Shown in pieces: positions 51,514 to 64,000 of a DNA stretch of 64,000 nt. The notes beneath the pieces were generated by a model. The model was not told where the DNA came from. It was given only the letters and a program-made list of their open reading frames with translations, and searched no databases. Within the stretch, counting starts at the first letter, position 1. Each line of letters starts with the position of its first letter. The stretch covers positions 1-64,000 of the forward strand of contig NMRA01000124.1 of the NCBI GenBank assembly GCA_002633005.1. Reading direction: 5' to 3'. Both the position numbers and the translations under genes were made by a program. Origin of the DNA: Phoronis australis. Taxonomy: Eukaryota; Animalia; Phoronida.

Positions 51514-53362
51514 CTACACGATTATAAAAACAAAAACACATATCAATAAAGTTTTACAAAGCCTCATTTTTTATTTTATATTCTGCGGAAGCATCAACAT
51601 ACACGTAGACCGCTCACAAGTTAGTAGGAAATCGATAACTTTGTCGCGGTTGCGGTTCGTTTACTAGGGTACACTTTGCACCGTTGGCTGAACGTTACCC
51701 TCCATGGTAAGTGCTGTCGCTACATGTCTAATTACGATGAATATCAAACAAAGGTAGCGTACTAGGAGAAAAAGTACTATAGTCAATCAACACTGATGAT
51801 TTCAACAGCAAGAGTTACTCGTTTTAGTTTTTTAATGAAACCCATAATTATGTTATTCGATATGCTTCACCGGCAGTTTCCATTGGAAACGAGATTTAGG
51901 CGATTTTAAAGCGATTATAAGTATTGCCCAGTAATAATAGGTAAATTAAATCCAAATAAGAAACAGTGAAAGACAAAACCAAATAACTATACCTCTCCCA
52001 TTTTTGTTTCTCCGAACGCGAGATGGTCGAGGTGATCCAGTCGCCTTAATTCGGTGCTGTCCATTTCAGTACTCCTTTCAAACTTTGCCCCCCTTTCTTT
52101 ATACATAGAGTAGAATCACAAGAGCCGAGATGGTTATTTATGTGGAGTTCGTTGTATCATACTCAACCTAAACGTCACAGTGTTGAGCGCCAACGTTTCA
52201 CGCACACCATATAATCTACTGAATTCGGGGAAAAAGATAATAATCCTAATTAACTGAATCCCGTAGTCGTGACTTCGACGAAGAAAGAGGCGCGGTCTAT
52301 TTCTTCCGCTACCCGCGGTGTGCAGAATTGCTGTTTATATCAGACTCGCATTGTACTCTGAGTTTTGACAGCTTCATTATGCACGGCAGTCAATTCCGTT
52401 ACACGCAACGTGTTACGTGACTACAGCTTTCGCACTACTTCGCTTAATTAATCTTTTATGTTATAAATTGTTAACACGATCACCTGTATCGCATGTGTAT
52501 TCGTAGATCTTTGCACAATAGATTCTACATGCAATCAAGTATTTGTTTACTTCCGGTTATTTAACAAGCCAGGAAGGTTTCTAGGTATAGTTGCAATGAA
52601 TTGAAGAAATAATCCGAATTCTCGGAACAAGTCAAGACACATTTTACGAGCAAAAATCTTATTGTAACATTGACGAGAAAATTAATCATTATCTTACTGG
52701 TGACTAATGACAACTTGTAACCACCCCTGCTGACCGTATTCCCTACTTGAACACTTAGGTGACACTGCAATGGTTTTTGTGCATTGTTGTTTGGAACACA
52801 ATACCTCGTTTCGGCATTATGCAATTTTAACGTGGAAGCGCACGTGTTCCAAACATGTAGAACCATTTGCAGTTTGGATACAGCACGTAGATCTGCAATG
52901 CATTATAAAACTGAAGGCAGACTTCGATAAGTTCAGAATATTAGGCCACAAAGCATCATTGGTTCTCGTTTCTACCCCGCTCTGTGCTCATCGGCTGAAA
53001 GAAAAAACCTCGTCCGCCTCAATTTCAATCAACGTCTGGGCTTTTTTGAAAAGCTGCATAAACGGTAACAAGGTCTGGAACGCCAAGCATGACTTGCCAG
53101 ACGTTGAGTAAAAAATACCGTGTCATTTTGCTTGTCTCAGGTGGACTTTCTGTTTTGAAAATGAGCAACTGAAAAATACCACACCGCTGATTCGATTTTC
53201 AAAAGCAACAGAGATCGGAATCAATTATGATCTTTGGTGTTACATGTAGTAATCCTTGTTGATTAAGACGAAAGTCAAATTGATTCATTGTTGAAATTAT
53301 CAGCATTAAAGAGAAGAGGGAAAAGCAGATGGGGGAGAGAGGCAACGACCTTCTATTGTCTG

Positions 53363-53373
53363 ATAATAATGAA

Positions 53374-53409
<36 letters not shown>

Positions 53410-53512
53410 TGTAATAGTAATAACATCAACAGAAATGATAACATCAAAAATAACAAAAATAATGATAATGATAATAATAACACCAGCAATTACAGAAAAA
53501 ATGATAATAATG
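53363..53512. repeat. (AAT)n microsatellite, degenerate
   Basis: aataataataat... with aac/gat variants. Confidence 0.9.
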
Positions 53513-55308
53513 ATCGCCGTGTAGGCGTTAGAGAAACGATAAAAAGTGGAACATTTGACTTATAACAAACCCCCCTCCCGACCTCCCCCCATTCGGTGCT
53601 ATGCGCATCTATAATCGTGGTTCAGTTTGCGCAAATGCTTACAGCCATACAAAATGTTGGGCCCCCCTTGTGATATCCTAGATCCGCCACTGGCGCGTAC
53701 ATTTGCGTTGAAATGAGCATAATCTGCAAGTACTTTTGCTCAATCTATGTGTACTTTTGCTTAATTTACGAGCGCTTTAATGCTTAGTCTACGCTAACTT
53801 TTAATCTACGCGTACTTTTATTTAATCTACGCGTACTTTTAGTTCTTAAACCATCATCGTTCTGCTGTTAATCATTTCATTTGAGAGCATTGGCGAGTAC
53901 GCGTAGGTTAAGCATAAGTACGGGTAGATTACGCGCATTTCAACGAAACGTACCTAAGAACCTTTGGCGTTTCATAGTAACAGGCTCACTCACGCTCGCG
54001 TATGTTTCGGCTACCCGTAAGACCAGCTAAGTAGTGTCGCTGTAATCAATAAGAAAACAGCAGACTGATCTGTTGGCTTTGGCGCTCTTGGAAGATGACT
54101 TCAACTTACTGGACTTGTTCATATTGGATGTGGGTGATTATCTGCGAAAACGTTCAACTAAAACATTCGAATAGATTTTACGCCTATGACACATAAGCCA
54201 GTCAAGGTTTTATTTCAGCTAGCTAATCTCTGTGTTTTATATACGTTTTCATCCAGTGATGTTTATCATTGAACAAAAACACAGTGTTTGTTAACTTCAC
54301 TGAGGAAAATTGAAATTTCGAAAGTAATACTCGTGGTTCTGACTTGTTAAGCATTTGAGCAGCATGACCCAATCACCACTGTCGTAGTCACGAGTATTCA
54401 ACAGGATGACCAACTGGGGTAAATGGTTGTCGACAGTGTGGAGGGGGCAACCTGGGGACACTTTGCAACGAACAGCTAGGGAAAGGGTCAAACGCAAAAA
54501 TAGTCGAGTTTTGACGGGGAGGCCTTAATTTGCAATCAACAGGGGTGTCATAGCCCACTTGCGCAAACCTGAGGATACCTTTTCTGTGTCACCCATTACC
54601 ACCTGTTTACTATGGAATTTCTATGAAAAATCTGAAACGCGACGAGGGCCTGAGAACATAATTATTTCAAACATTCAACTGTGTCCGACACATACATCAG
54701 ATTAAAACTAGGCCTTCTCTTGGATAGCTAAACTTTCCAAAAACATTAAAAAGTTGCATAAACTCACCTATCTTTTACGATAAATCGGCAAATAAAACCC
54801 ACGTTGTGCATTTACGCGTTGTTAGCGTCCGTGTGACAAGACTGAAAGTCGTTTATTTGCGTGCGCAATTCACGCACGTAAATGTTTAATCTACGCGATT
54901 AATATGTAGTTCATGCACGTATTTTACGTTCATAGTATTCCCCCATTTAACCACGGTCGATTGCCTTGATGATTTTTGACGGCCAATTGTGAATCCAAAC
55001 CTCGGTTATAAAAACAACTCGCACGTATTTTAGCCGCAGTACACTTGTTCTGAATGCAATTTGACACGCGGGGTGACACCTATTCACTGGTACCGTCACT
55101 TTTTAAGTGAAAACTTATTATATATCCTAGGTAGAAAGCCCCCACGATAGATCTTCAGCAAACCCTCACACAGAGTCCCGTCATGTCAGTGGCAACCATT
55201 TTGAGAGAACGTTTTATTAACAAAAAAAAACTACTAATGTAACACACAGCACACATGCAAAAAGCAAACATATTTCTTGATTTCTCTGGGACTGAAAGTC
55301 AAATGTCA

Positions 55309-56721
55309 TCACGGTATTTTGTTAATTGGCGGCAATGTCGATTTCCTCAACTGGGTATTTTGTGGATTAAACTTGTTTAGAAATCGGAATTGTTCGTCTT
55401 GAGCAGAACTAGGCTCAGTAATTAAAGAATTCGTTAACATTTTGCGATTGAGGATAGGCGATGTTGGCGCAGACTTAATCTTCTGTGCACTTATGGGGCT
55501 TGTGTTGGCCCTATTTACTGTTAACTCTTGTGAACGTCTACGCTGCGTTCCCTTACTAGAGTCGATAACAAGTTTTGTACTTTTACCGAGAGTAGACACG
55601 TGAGCGCTGTGACGTCTTGTAAGCTCTTTATCCTTATTCGACACATGTTCAACTGGAATTCCTAGGGAACCCGTTCCACAAGATAGCGATAATGATTCCA
55701 TGGTGGCGTTTACTGCTTCTAGTGACTTTCCGACTTCCGAAATATTACCTTTGTTCCCGGGATTATCCTTCTTGGTCTGAGGCGAGTCCGGAAGTGTTGG
55801 AATTAGGCTTCGTTCAGAATTGTCTTGGTTGTACGTGTTGCCGGAGGGCCAAGCAGTCGAATTCGCCCTACCCTGGCCAGATGGAGTGATGGGCAATGGT
55901 ACTGAGACAAAGTTTTTGTCTCTTCCACCAATACATGTCCCGCCTCTGTTTTGTGGCAAGCTTTCTGCATCATTCAGATCCTCAAACGATAGATTGCGTG
56001 CCAATTCCTTACTTCGGAAAAAATTCGATGTTGTAACGAAAGGCAACTGCGAGAAATCTGCAGAAAATGAAACCATCTTTTGTTTGTTGTGAAAACCAAA
56101 ACTTTGCTTTAAAAAGTCATCGTGGCTGTCGTCGATCGATAGTAGAATTTCATCACTACTTAGTACGTCTACAGATGTCGAACGTCGTAATGGCATACTT
56201 TCTTCCTCCATGTTAGGCTTGCTTACGTCTAAGTGCTCATCACTTCTACTGATCTCATCGGTAAGGCTGTTCTCGTGTATGTTATCGTCCGACTTGGAAG
56301 TCGTGGTTCTAAGAGCATCGTTGTTTGAAAGTCCGCAGTCTGTGAAGTCGCTAACCATTATCTTTGGCAACGAAAGAGGGATCTGCCCGCACGCGCGCAT
56401 CGGATACAAAGATTGTTGCAAAGCAGCTACATAGTGGCTTGATCTGCTTTTGATTCTCTTCAAAGATCTTTTCCTTCTCTTGGTTTGTGGGTCAAAGTTT
56501 TTCATAGCCTCGTTGATGCGCGCATTTTCTATTGAAGCGTCAGCTTTAGCTTTCTGAAGTTGTTTGAGCTTGGCTTTCATCAGTGCACGTTGCTTTTCGA
56601 GGGCAGCAGAAGAAGATGCGTGGAGATTGTCGAGTGACTTGCTGAGAGTTTTCAGATCGTTTTCTGCCGCATGGTTTAGTACACGAGTACTTTTGCGTGC
56701 CTTCACGTCCGCTTGAAGATC
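55309..56721 (-). CDS. Uncharacterised coiled-coil/disordered protein, paralogue 2 (main exon; probable ATG-only first coding exon at 56975-56977)
   Basis: Long ORF; acceptor tttcag|GAT at 56722; upstream gacATG|gtgagt perfect donor, phase 0, giving MDLQADVKARK... ~471 aa. Confidence 0.8.
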   Translation of the reverse strand, partial: DLQADVKARKSTRVLNHAAENDLKTLSKSLDNLHASSSAALEKQRALMKAKLKQLQKAKADASIENARINEAMKNFDPQTKRRKRSLKRIKSRSSHYVAALQQSLYPMRACGQIPLSLPKIMVSDFTDCGLSNNDALRTTTSKSDDNIHENSLTDEISRSDEHLDVSKPNMEEESMPLRRSTSVDVLSSDEILLSIDDSHDDFLKQSFGFHNKQKMVSFSADFSQLPFVTTSNFFRSKELARNLSFEDLNDAESLPQNRGGTCIGGRDKNFVSVPLPITPSGQGRANSTAWPSGNTYNQDNSERSLIPTLPDSPQTKKDNPGNKGNISEVGKSLEAVNATMESLSLSCGTGSLGIPVEHVSNKDKELTRRHSAHVSTLGKSTKLVIDSSKGTQRRRSQELTVNRANTSPISAQKIKSAPTSPILNRKMLTNSLITEPSSAQDEQFRFLNKFNPQNTQLRKSTLPPINKIP

Positions 56722-59700
56722 CTGAAACGTGAACAACAAAACAGTGAAGATTTTACTCCCAAAACTTTTGTATGCCTGGAAGAGACAATAAAAACAAGAG
56801 CTCTTGGGAGTTGGCGTTTTTGACAACCTTAAAAGGTCCATCAACTGTTTCATCAGGTTACTGCCGTGTGCCATTGTAATGTTCTTTGTTTTTTTATATT
56901 AATGAATTTTCGTTGTTTGATGGAGCTCCCTTTCCATAGCTCAACGTTCAACGTATTTTCGTTAATGTACTCACCATGTCTCCCAGTCAGACTTTCGAAA
57001 TCGATCACATATGCACTGGTTCACATATAAACCATGTTCCTCTATATCGGCATACAAAACAGAAGTGTGGCAGGCGTAAAGGCCCCAATTGAAAATCTGG
57101 GCAGTGTTACATAAAACTTCACTGAAAAGTTATCCGCTGATTGCATAACGCGATACAGAGTACGTATTATTGAAACATTAAACATAAACGAACGGCAACT
57201 ATGTCATACCTGAGCACTCTTCAATCGTTCAGCACTCGTAGTCATTGCATCACTTTGAGTCTTGACTACTAAGCTTCAACCTCGCTTGGTGGGGGTGACA
57301 GTATCCACTGTCTCCCAAAATAAGGATAACAAGTGTTACTGTTGTTAATCTTGATAATTTTCCAATGAGATGGGTTTTCAAGGGTGATCTTCTTTCTATT
57401 CGTCTGTGACGGCAATAGACAAATAGTTCAATATGCTTTTCAGCTGCAAGTCGACAGTAAAAGCAGGCACTAAGCTCCTTATTCGTGTCACACCAAACGG
57501 GGACATAATCTATAGCTCCACAGTATTATTTTTGCTTCACGTCACATCACAGCACACACAGCGGTATGGCCGGTCCGCGCCAGGGCTGGTCAATGATTGT
57601 TTTGCCGAAGTGTATATTTGTAGCACTTTAATACACTTGCTTTCAGTCGTCTCAAAATACGCCTGAATGTCAGCGGTAGGCGTTCATTTTCGCGATCATC
57701 GATTCATCGCCGGGTCTGTACGAGGTCTTATGCAGTAACGTAACCACTCTAATCTTAGATCGGAGACCGGAAGCCTACGTTAGTGACGCCCCAACAGTTG
57801 ACTGGTAAATGTCAAGCAAATTAATAAGCAAACCTTCTGTTAATTAAATTTCCTTCCCGCCACTAAAATCGATTGTTTCGAATCAAATTGCCCATATAAA
57901 ATATCTCTTCTGGAAAGCACCATGGAAGTCTATAAAATAGCTTAATGTTACTTCAGATCTATTATAAATTGTTCGTGACACAGCGTCTTTCATTTACAAC
58001 ATTATTCACAAAAGAGATAAACGATATTACGCTCCTGGTTCAGGGGTTTTGCAAACACTGAAAATGTACTTCACATGTTAACGGTGTATTAACTAATCGA
58101 AGCTGTCAATCTCCAAGGACCGTCAGAGGCGAGATTTGTTATTACCGATGGCTGACTACTGTTCGGAGGGGATTTTGCTTTTGTGCAGAGTATTTCGTAC
58201 AGAACCGCCTTTGTGAAGGACGGCAACAAACGATGGCCCGCGAGTAAACGTTAAACGGGGTCAACACTGACATTGTGCCATCCAAATGTACAATCTGGCC
58301 CATTCCATGACCGTGCATGATAAATCACAAACACTCCAATAACGAATAGGTAACACAACAAAAAATACTATTAGCGGAAAACAACTGTGTTGAAAATGAC
58401 TTTTTTAAATGTCATGAAAATCGACGGCATTGAAGACCTGCTTTGTGATTACAAACTGAACTCAAGACTCTATCGATATGACTTTGGTCTTTTGCGAATA
58501 CATGGTTAAACACAGTAGGCTTGTCCTTGTTGTTTGTTTTTTTCGACATATTTATTCATGCAAACCGACACCTAGTTCGCTCGCTAATCCGGTCTTTTTA
58601 GCGTACTAACTTAAGTACCGTCCTAAGTTTAAAGAGCTTTCTAAATCACTTTTCGCATTGGGTCTGAAATTCGGTGGTCGTGTAGGAATTTTAGTCCAAC
58701 GTTCTAAATCCCTAGAGCGAAATGCCCTTTTGTGCAATGATTTCACTGCTGTCTTCAGTTTGTAAATAATTAAAGAGATTAAAAACCGGCTTTCCGTCAA
58801 ATAAGCGAATTTTTTTATTTTGGATCACTCTAAGTGCCGATATCATTAATTGGTCACAGGTTGCCCTTCTTCATATGAGCCGGAAGTGGATTTCTGGGCT
58901 TGCAAGTAAAGGATTTCGTTATTCCTTGAGAACATGCTCGTCGCATAAAATGACACGCCGTGACAAGCAAGAACCTGGTCCTTAAGCCTACTTTTAAACT
59001 GAATTGAAATGTTCCGGCTACCATTGAATATCCAGGGGTTCGATCGCCAACTCCCCCCCCCCCCCCAACCCCCCCTCCGAGGAAAAGGTCCAGCACTAGC
59101 CTATCCGATAGGAAAAGATAGGATTTACTAAATGTACAAAAAATGTTGTAACTACAAGTTCTACTAACCACAATCATAACCAAGTTAATATTAATTTCGA
59201 ATTTACTTCTGATGTAAAGTGCTTCACATAATCATCGGGTCGTATCCGGCCCGTGTGGTGCCTGCGTAGGAGCGGGCTTTATGTTATTCATCGGCATTGA
59301 AAGCGCTAGGTCTCTACACCATAGGGTAACAAGGAAGTCTAAAAGTAAATGTCTACGCCTAACTCAAACTTTATAGCATCGAGAGAGATCCACAAAAGTA
59401 GTGCGGTGTGAGTGCCTTTAAAATCGACCAAAAAACAAAGGAGCACAAAATGGGTTTGTTATTTGCTACTTCGGTGTACTTTCTAGTATAGTTTAGATTT
59501 ATTGCAGGCATTTTCAAATTTCGAATTCAAAATGACCGCCAAATATCTTGATCATCAAGTGTCCACTTTGATTGTGGATTGTTGGATTGACATGAATGCG
59601 TGTACACGTGTGTTCGTTTCCGTTTTTTGAAATTCAGTACACGCCGACGGTACGTACACTGACTACTCTGTCGTTTCTCAATATTTGGGACACAATTTCG

Positions 59701-60118
59701 GCTACCAACGGCGGTTTTAAATGTCATAAGACTGAATGAGACTTCTTGAAGACTGGCAGGGACAAGGTAGCTTACTAACTACATTTAGTTTCGACCCGGC
59801 CGTGCGCCTAGTTCCGGTGGGTGAAGTTGAAGCGCAGCTGCCCTAAACTTTGATGCGATCTGGACATGAGATTGATAAATGTATCGTGGTCGATAATTCA
59901 TCAACATTCCCACTTCGTATTCTTTTGTAAATGCAAGTACGTACTCATTTTTCCGTATTCGTAATACATGCTGGCAATTTCACATGCACCTGGAATCCAA
60001 ACAAAGTGGCTTATTAGCCGGGTGTATTGTTGTCGGTATAGTTGCATCTAATAACCGAAGTGTCGCTTATTTTTGCATGTACATGTAAAAGTACAACAAT
60101 TACAACCGATTCAGACAT

Positions 60119-60195
60119 TTTCGGAGAAGTGAACCTTCGGAGTAGTGAACCTTCGAAGTAGTGAACCTTCGGAATGGTGAACCGGCGGAATAGTG
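60119..60195. repeat. 16-bp tandem repeat, ~4-5 copies
   Basis: agtgaaccttcggagt-type unit repeated. Confidence 0.8.
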
Positions 60196-62112
60196 GGCTG
60201 TTCCCATTTCCAGCGATGTAAGCAACTTTTAACAAAAATACTATCAGATGTAAAATTACGTCAAGTCATTCTCTGACTAAATATTTCCATCGGAGTATGT
60301 AACGAGGTGTAATCACTCAGTTAAAAAAGCCCGATTTGAAAGTTTGGCAGTAGGTTGGCCTAACGCCTTGTGGAGAACTTCTCGCTTAAACTGGTCACCG
60401 CTCAGATTCCCATAGCCCAAGACAACTTTTATGATGCCTATTCAGCTCGCCTTTGTATTGACGTAGATCTGAGCTAATGAAGTCGAAAGGTAATAGCTAG
60501 CACTATTGTCTCAAGAATGATGGTTGTTAGTAAACCCAAATTGGTTTCTATGGCATTTGCACAAAGTTACAGTCTGCAACTGTAGAGAGCAGTTTTAACT
60601 TGGTACATTTTAAATATTACAAAATGACTACAAAAGTTAATTTGTGTTTATCTTGACCATAAGCAAAGGAACGGTGGTTTTAAATATGTTTTATACCGGT
60701 TTTTGTTATATCATTTTAATACTCATTTTGTTGTTTTTTCTAACATGGATCGGGTTGATATCTTTTTTCTTTAATTTTTAAACTTGAAGTCCCAAAAACA
60801 GCAGTAGATTTGATCGCCAGCGAAACTTAATTAGTAATTGTGAACCCATCCCTGAACTTTCCAGATTACTGCTACATTAAACATTTCACAGCGAACAAAA
60901 CCACACGTGTTATTAGTTCAAGTTTAATCTTTATTAGAACTCAAATCATAAAATACATACAAAAGTGCAAATGGTGATAGCCAAACTGAAGATTTGAAAT
61001 CGCTGGGCGATTTCGGTTGCACTAACTACATAACTATTCTAGCCTTTTGTCAGCCATAAAAATATAGAATGGGTGCAAGTTAAATACAGTTGTTTCCTAG
61101 TCAAAAATCTGGTTAGACGAGATTGAAAGAATATAAAAAGAATAATCCATGCGATATATTGTTAACTCCGATCAGCGTTTGTAAATCCCCCCCGATTGTA
61201 TCGATGCGCTTGGTCGTTTATCTTCAATCGTACCCAATGTTTGTAGTTTCTAGCTTTTATGTTCATCGATTTTTGAAAATCCAATTCCTTACTTGGTTGT
61301 TTTTACCAGCTGAATACCACCGTGGTATTCGTTTTTAACAAAAATTATTTATTAATGTATTTTGAAAATTCGGCATTGTTTACAGGCAGTGATGCTTACT
61401 ACAGTTTATGGTCGAGTAATTACACTTAATTGGGTCTTGCTCGCGCACGACAATGCGGTTAACACAACCGTATCCGACACGGGCGCTGCTTTCTCTTTGA
61501 TCGTGGTGAAAGCCTCTCAGAAGGAAGGGTGGTGATTGTAAGCTTATTATTCACGGTTTGGCGAGAATGTTAGTCTATATTTATCATTTTCACGAAAGAC
61601 GTCGCTCTAGTCGGTTGGCAGTGTTAGCTTAGGTAGTGAACGAAGTGGATCACATTAGGCCTACGTCCGAATTTGATTCCTGTTGTTTGCGAGCAACCGT
61701 CACGACATCCTCATTTCTGGTATTACAGATTCTGTCTTATCTCAGGAACATAGAGGTGAGAGCCATCGTTGCCGCGCATAAAGATTTCCCTTCCCCGTAA
61801 TTAACCTTTGTCAAGCACTCGAGTGTTGACGCTTGCAAAAGGTCCACCTTTCTAGAAATTCGAACCACCCTCCGCCCAATACTGGCTACGGGCCTGATAT
61901 CCATAAACGCCATCAGAGGACCTTTTTTGTAGACCAGAGCTGCGTTACGTATGGACGCAGGACACTCTCAAGCTACCTAAGTGTGATAACTTGCTCTGCC
62001 TCTAATGCATGGCGATGTCTCGCGAAGACTTGCGTGATTGATTTTGCAAGTTTCTCGCGTTTACAGAACGCAACCCTGCTCATGAATCGTCATTCTCCGG
62101 GGTTTGCAAAGA

Positions 62113-62114
<2 letters not shown>

Positions 62115-62200
<86 letters not shown>
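62115..62200. repeat. (TG)43 microsatellite
   Basis: Perfect TG run. Confidence 0.99.
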
Positions 62201-62202
<2 letters not shown>

Positions 62203-62379
62203 AAAAAGGTCGGAGTTTAGACTACCATTTAATAATGATGTAAGTTTAGTAGAAATATTATTACAAGAATTGAGAGCATTTACAATTGAGTGCAGTAAAG
62301 GGTGAGTCCCTCTGGCATTCGATGAGGGGAAATTTGAAGAAAATATGATGATAAGATTGATGGTTACCACATTTACAGT

Positions 62380-62760
62380 TTAGAGAGACGTTACTAAGTT
62401 GTGTCTAAACTTGTCGGTGTTGAGGAAAAGATCGCATCTCGATCGGTACAGTGCTATTTCGTTTTCGCGGAGCAAAGAGAATTGTGTCAGAGCTATTGAG
62501 TGATCAAAATTACGAAAAACAGTTTTCAAATTGTTTTTTATACTAGTGAATGAGTTGCTTTCCTTAACAGAGACTGGAAAAGAATTCCAGTTGTTGATGC
62601 ACATCATGACTGTAGACCTTCTGAATGCCTGACTGAACGACGTAGGAATTGCATATGGGGCGGAAGATCTTAAATCAGTACGACGGCCTTCTCTAGTATA
62701 TAGATCAAATATTTTTTAACAGAAGCATTGTTGACATTGTCTAGTACTTTGAAAGTAAAG
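62380..62760 (-). mobile_element. 3' remnant of a non-LTR retrotransposon ORF2 (CR1/L2-like)
   Basis: INNWNSFPVSVKESNSFTSIKNNLK resembles the WN.LP..+K...S...FK..LK C-terminal motif of these reverse transcriptase ORFs. Confidence 0.5.
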
Positions 62761-64000
62761 GTGGTTTTGTGTTTTGTTTGTGACATCAGACCACCGGAGG
62801 ACACGATGAGGAAAACAGAGACAAACTTTTTTGGACTTTTTATCGTGTTTTAGACCACGAATGTATCATATCAGTAAATCATCGGGACACTAAGGTTGGT
62901 TCCAGTTGAATTGTCCGGTGTCTTTACCCCGGCTCTTTATTTGGTAATTATTCGTTTATTTAAAATACAATATGGCCACCAAGTGAAATTCTATTTTGTC
63001 AAATTTCTTGACAAAAATAAACACCAAGAAAACTTTAACTCATTGCTAATAATGATTTTTAAATTTCATAAAACAACATTTGATTAAGTTTCTCTTGTTT
63101 CCGGAAAGGTCATCAACCTTTGAAAAATGAAAAATGTTGATCATTTTGTGCGAACTGGAGAATTACCTTGCAGAATCAATGCACACTTCCTAAAGGTAAT
63201 TCTCAGCGTACGTAAGACTCCGTTTAAATAAGACTGCTCTTCAAGTTGTATACGCGATTTTTAAATACAAAAGAAGGACAGCATTGGTTCACAGAGATGT
63301 AATATATTATTTCAAAATTAAAAAAGCACCATAGAACAAGAACATATGTTGCAACAATACCGGTACCGGTTTAACAGGACTGAGTGCGCATGTATTTTAA
63401 TAGAGAATCCAGGCACTTTGTGAATTCATTTGGTATTCAAATACATGCAATTATTCAACTGAACCCGGTGGATTCTCTTTAGTGGTGCACCGGTTATACA
63501 GAGTTGTGAAACTTTGTCCTGCGTGTTTGAGAGATTTTTTTCTGATTCTAACCCTCTTTAGCGGCCGTAGACATGATGAACATACAAGTATACGTGCACT
63601 AAGCTGGTACATTCGCGTTATTTGCAGACATAATTAACCGGTTATTTTGTACACACTGTGCAGATTCAAACAATATCTAAAAAACGCGAAAACTGAAAAG
63701 GGATCGTGGTATCACTTCTAGATTATACCTAGCAGACACATGTACCGTAAAGCTTCAAATATTAGCCTAGTCTCTGATAGAAGTCGGGGGTCTAGTTACG
63801 CTGAAATTAGTGAACGCCGGGTCTCTAATAGAAGCCCCTTCTAATAGAAGCCTCCCTCTTATAGAGACCGGGTCTCCATGTTATCTGGATTACATAAAGG
63901 AAGAAAAAAAAGCAGCAAGTGGTTTGTAATGTCATGCTTAAGATCGTATACGATCTTAGAGCGGACAACAGACAAGGTTGATTTTTGTTTCACATCGTAC

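Noticed and set aside
53199-53565. Poly-Leu/Ile/Asn ORFs
   Set aside because: Translations of the (AAT)n microsatellite.
56722-56874. N-terminal 51 aa of ORF 55309-56874 (MAHGSNL...)
   Set aside because: Lies upstream of a strong acceptor at 56722 and downstream of an ATG|gtgagt donor; probably intron read-through.
60600-61400. Possible degenerate L1/Tx1 retrotransposon 3' fragment
   Set aside because: Only vague motif resemblance across frameshifts; not supportable without a search.
61833-62370. Poly-CV / poly-HT ORFs
   Set aside because: Translations of the (TG)n microsatellite.

Overview
Eukaryotic (intron-rich, AT-rich, with assembly gaps) marine-invertebrate-like genomic DNA, probably lophotrochozoan judging by repeat content (inference). 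Genes reconstructed by hand from GT-AG splice signals and reading frames: (1) the start of a C2H2 zinc-finger gene (- strand, runs off the left edge); (2) a BANF1/barrier-to-autointegration-factor gene (+) with TWO intact, same-length, same-phase paralogous terminal exons and only one visible first coding exon, i.e. a probable alternative-last-exon system producing canonical BAF and a divergent BAF-L-like isoform; (3) an 8-exon cytoplasmic tryptophanyl-tRNA synthetase WARS1 (-, 411 aa); (4) a two-exon ~918-aa somatomedin-B-domain, Cys-rich class-B/Methuselah-like GPCR (+); (5) a tandem cluster of lineage-restricted genes (-), two of which are clear paralogues with an N-terminal coiled coil followed by a conserved PxIxIT-like calcineurin-docking motif. 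Intergenic and intronic space is dense with non-autonomous DNA transposons (Harbinger-, Kolobok-, Tc1/mariner-, hAT-like with 5-bp TSD), LINE remnants, a tRNA-derived element and mini/microsatellites. No CRISPR, rRNA or prokaryotic systems.
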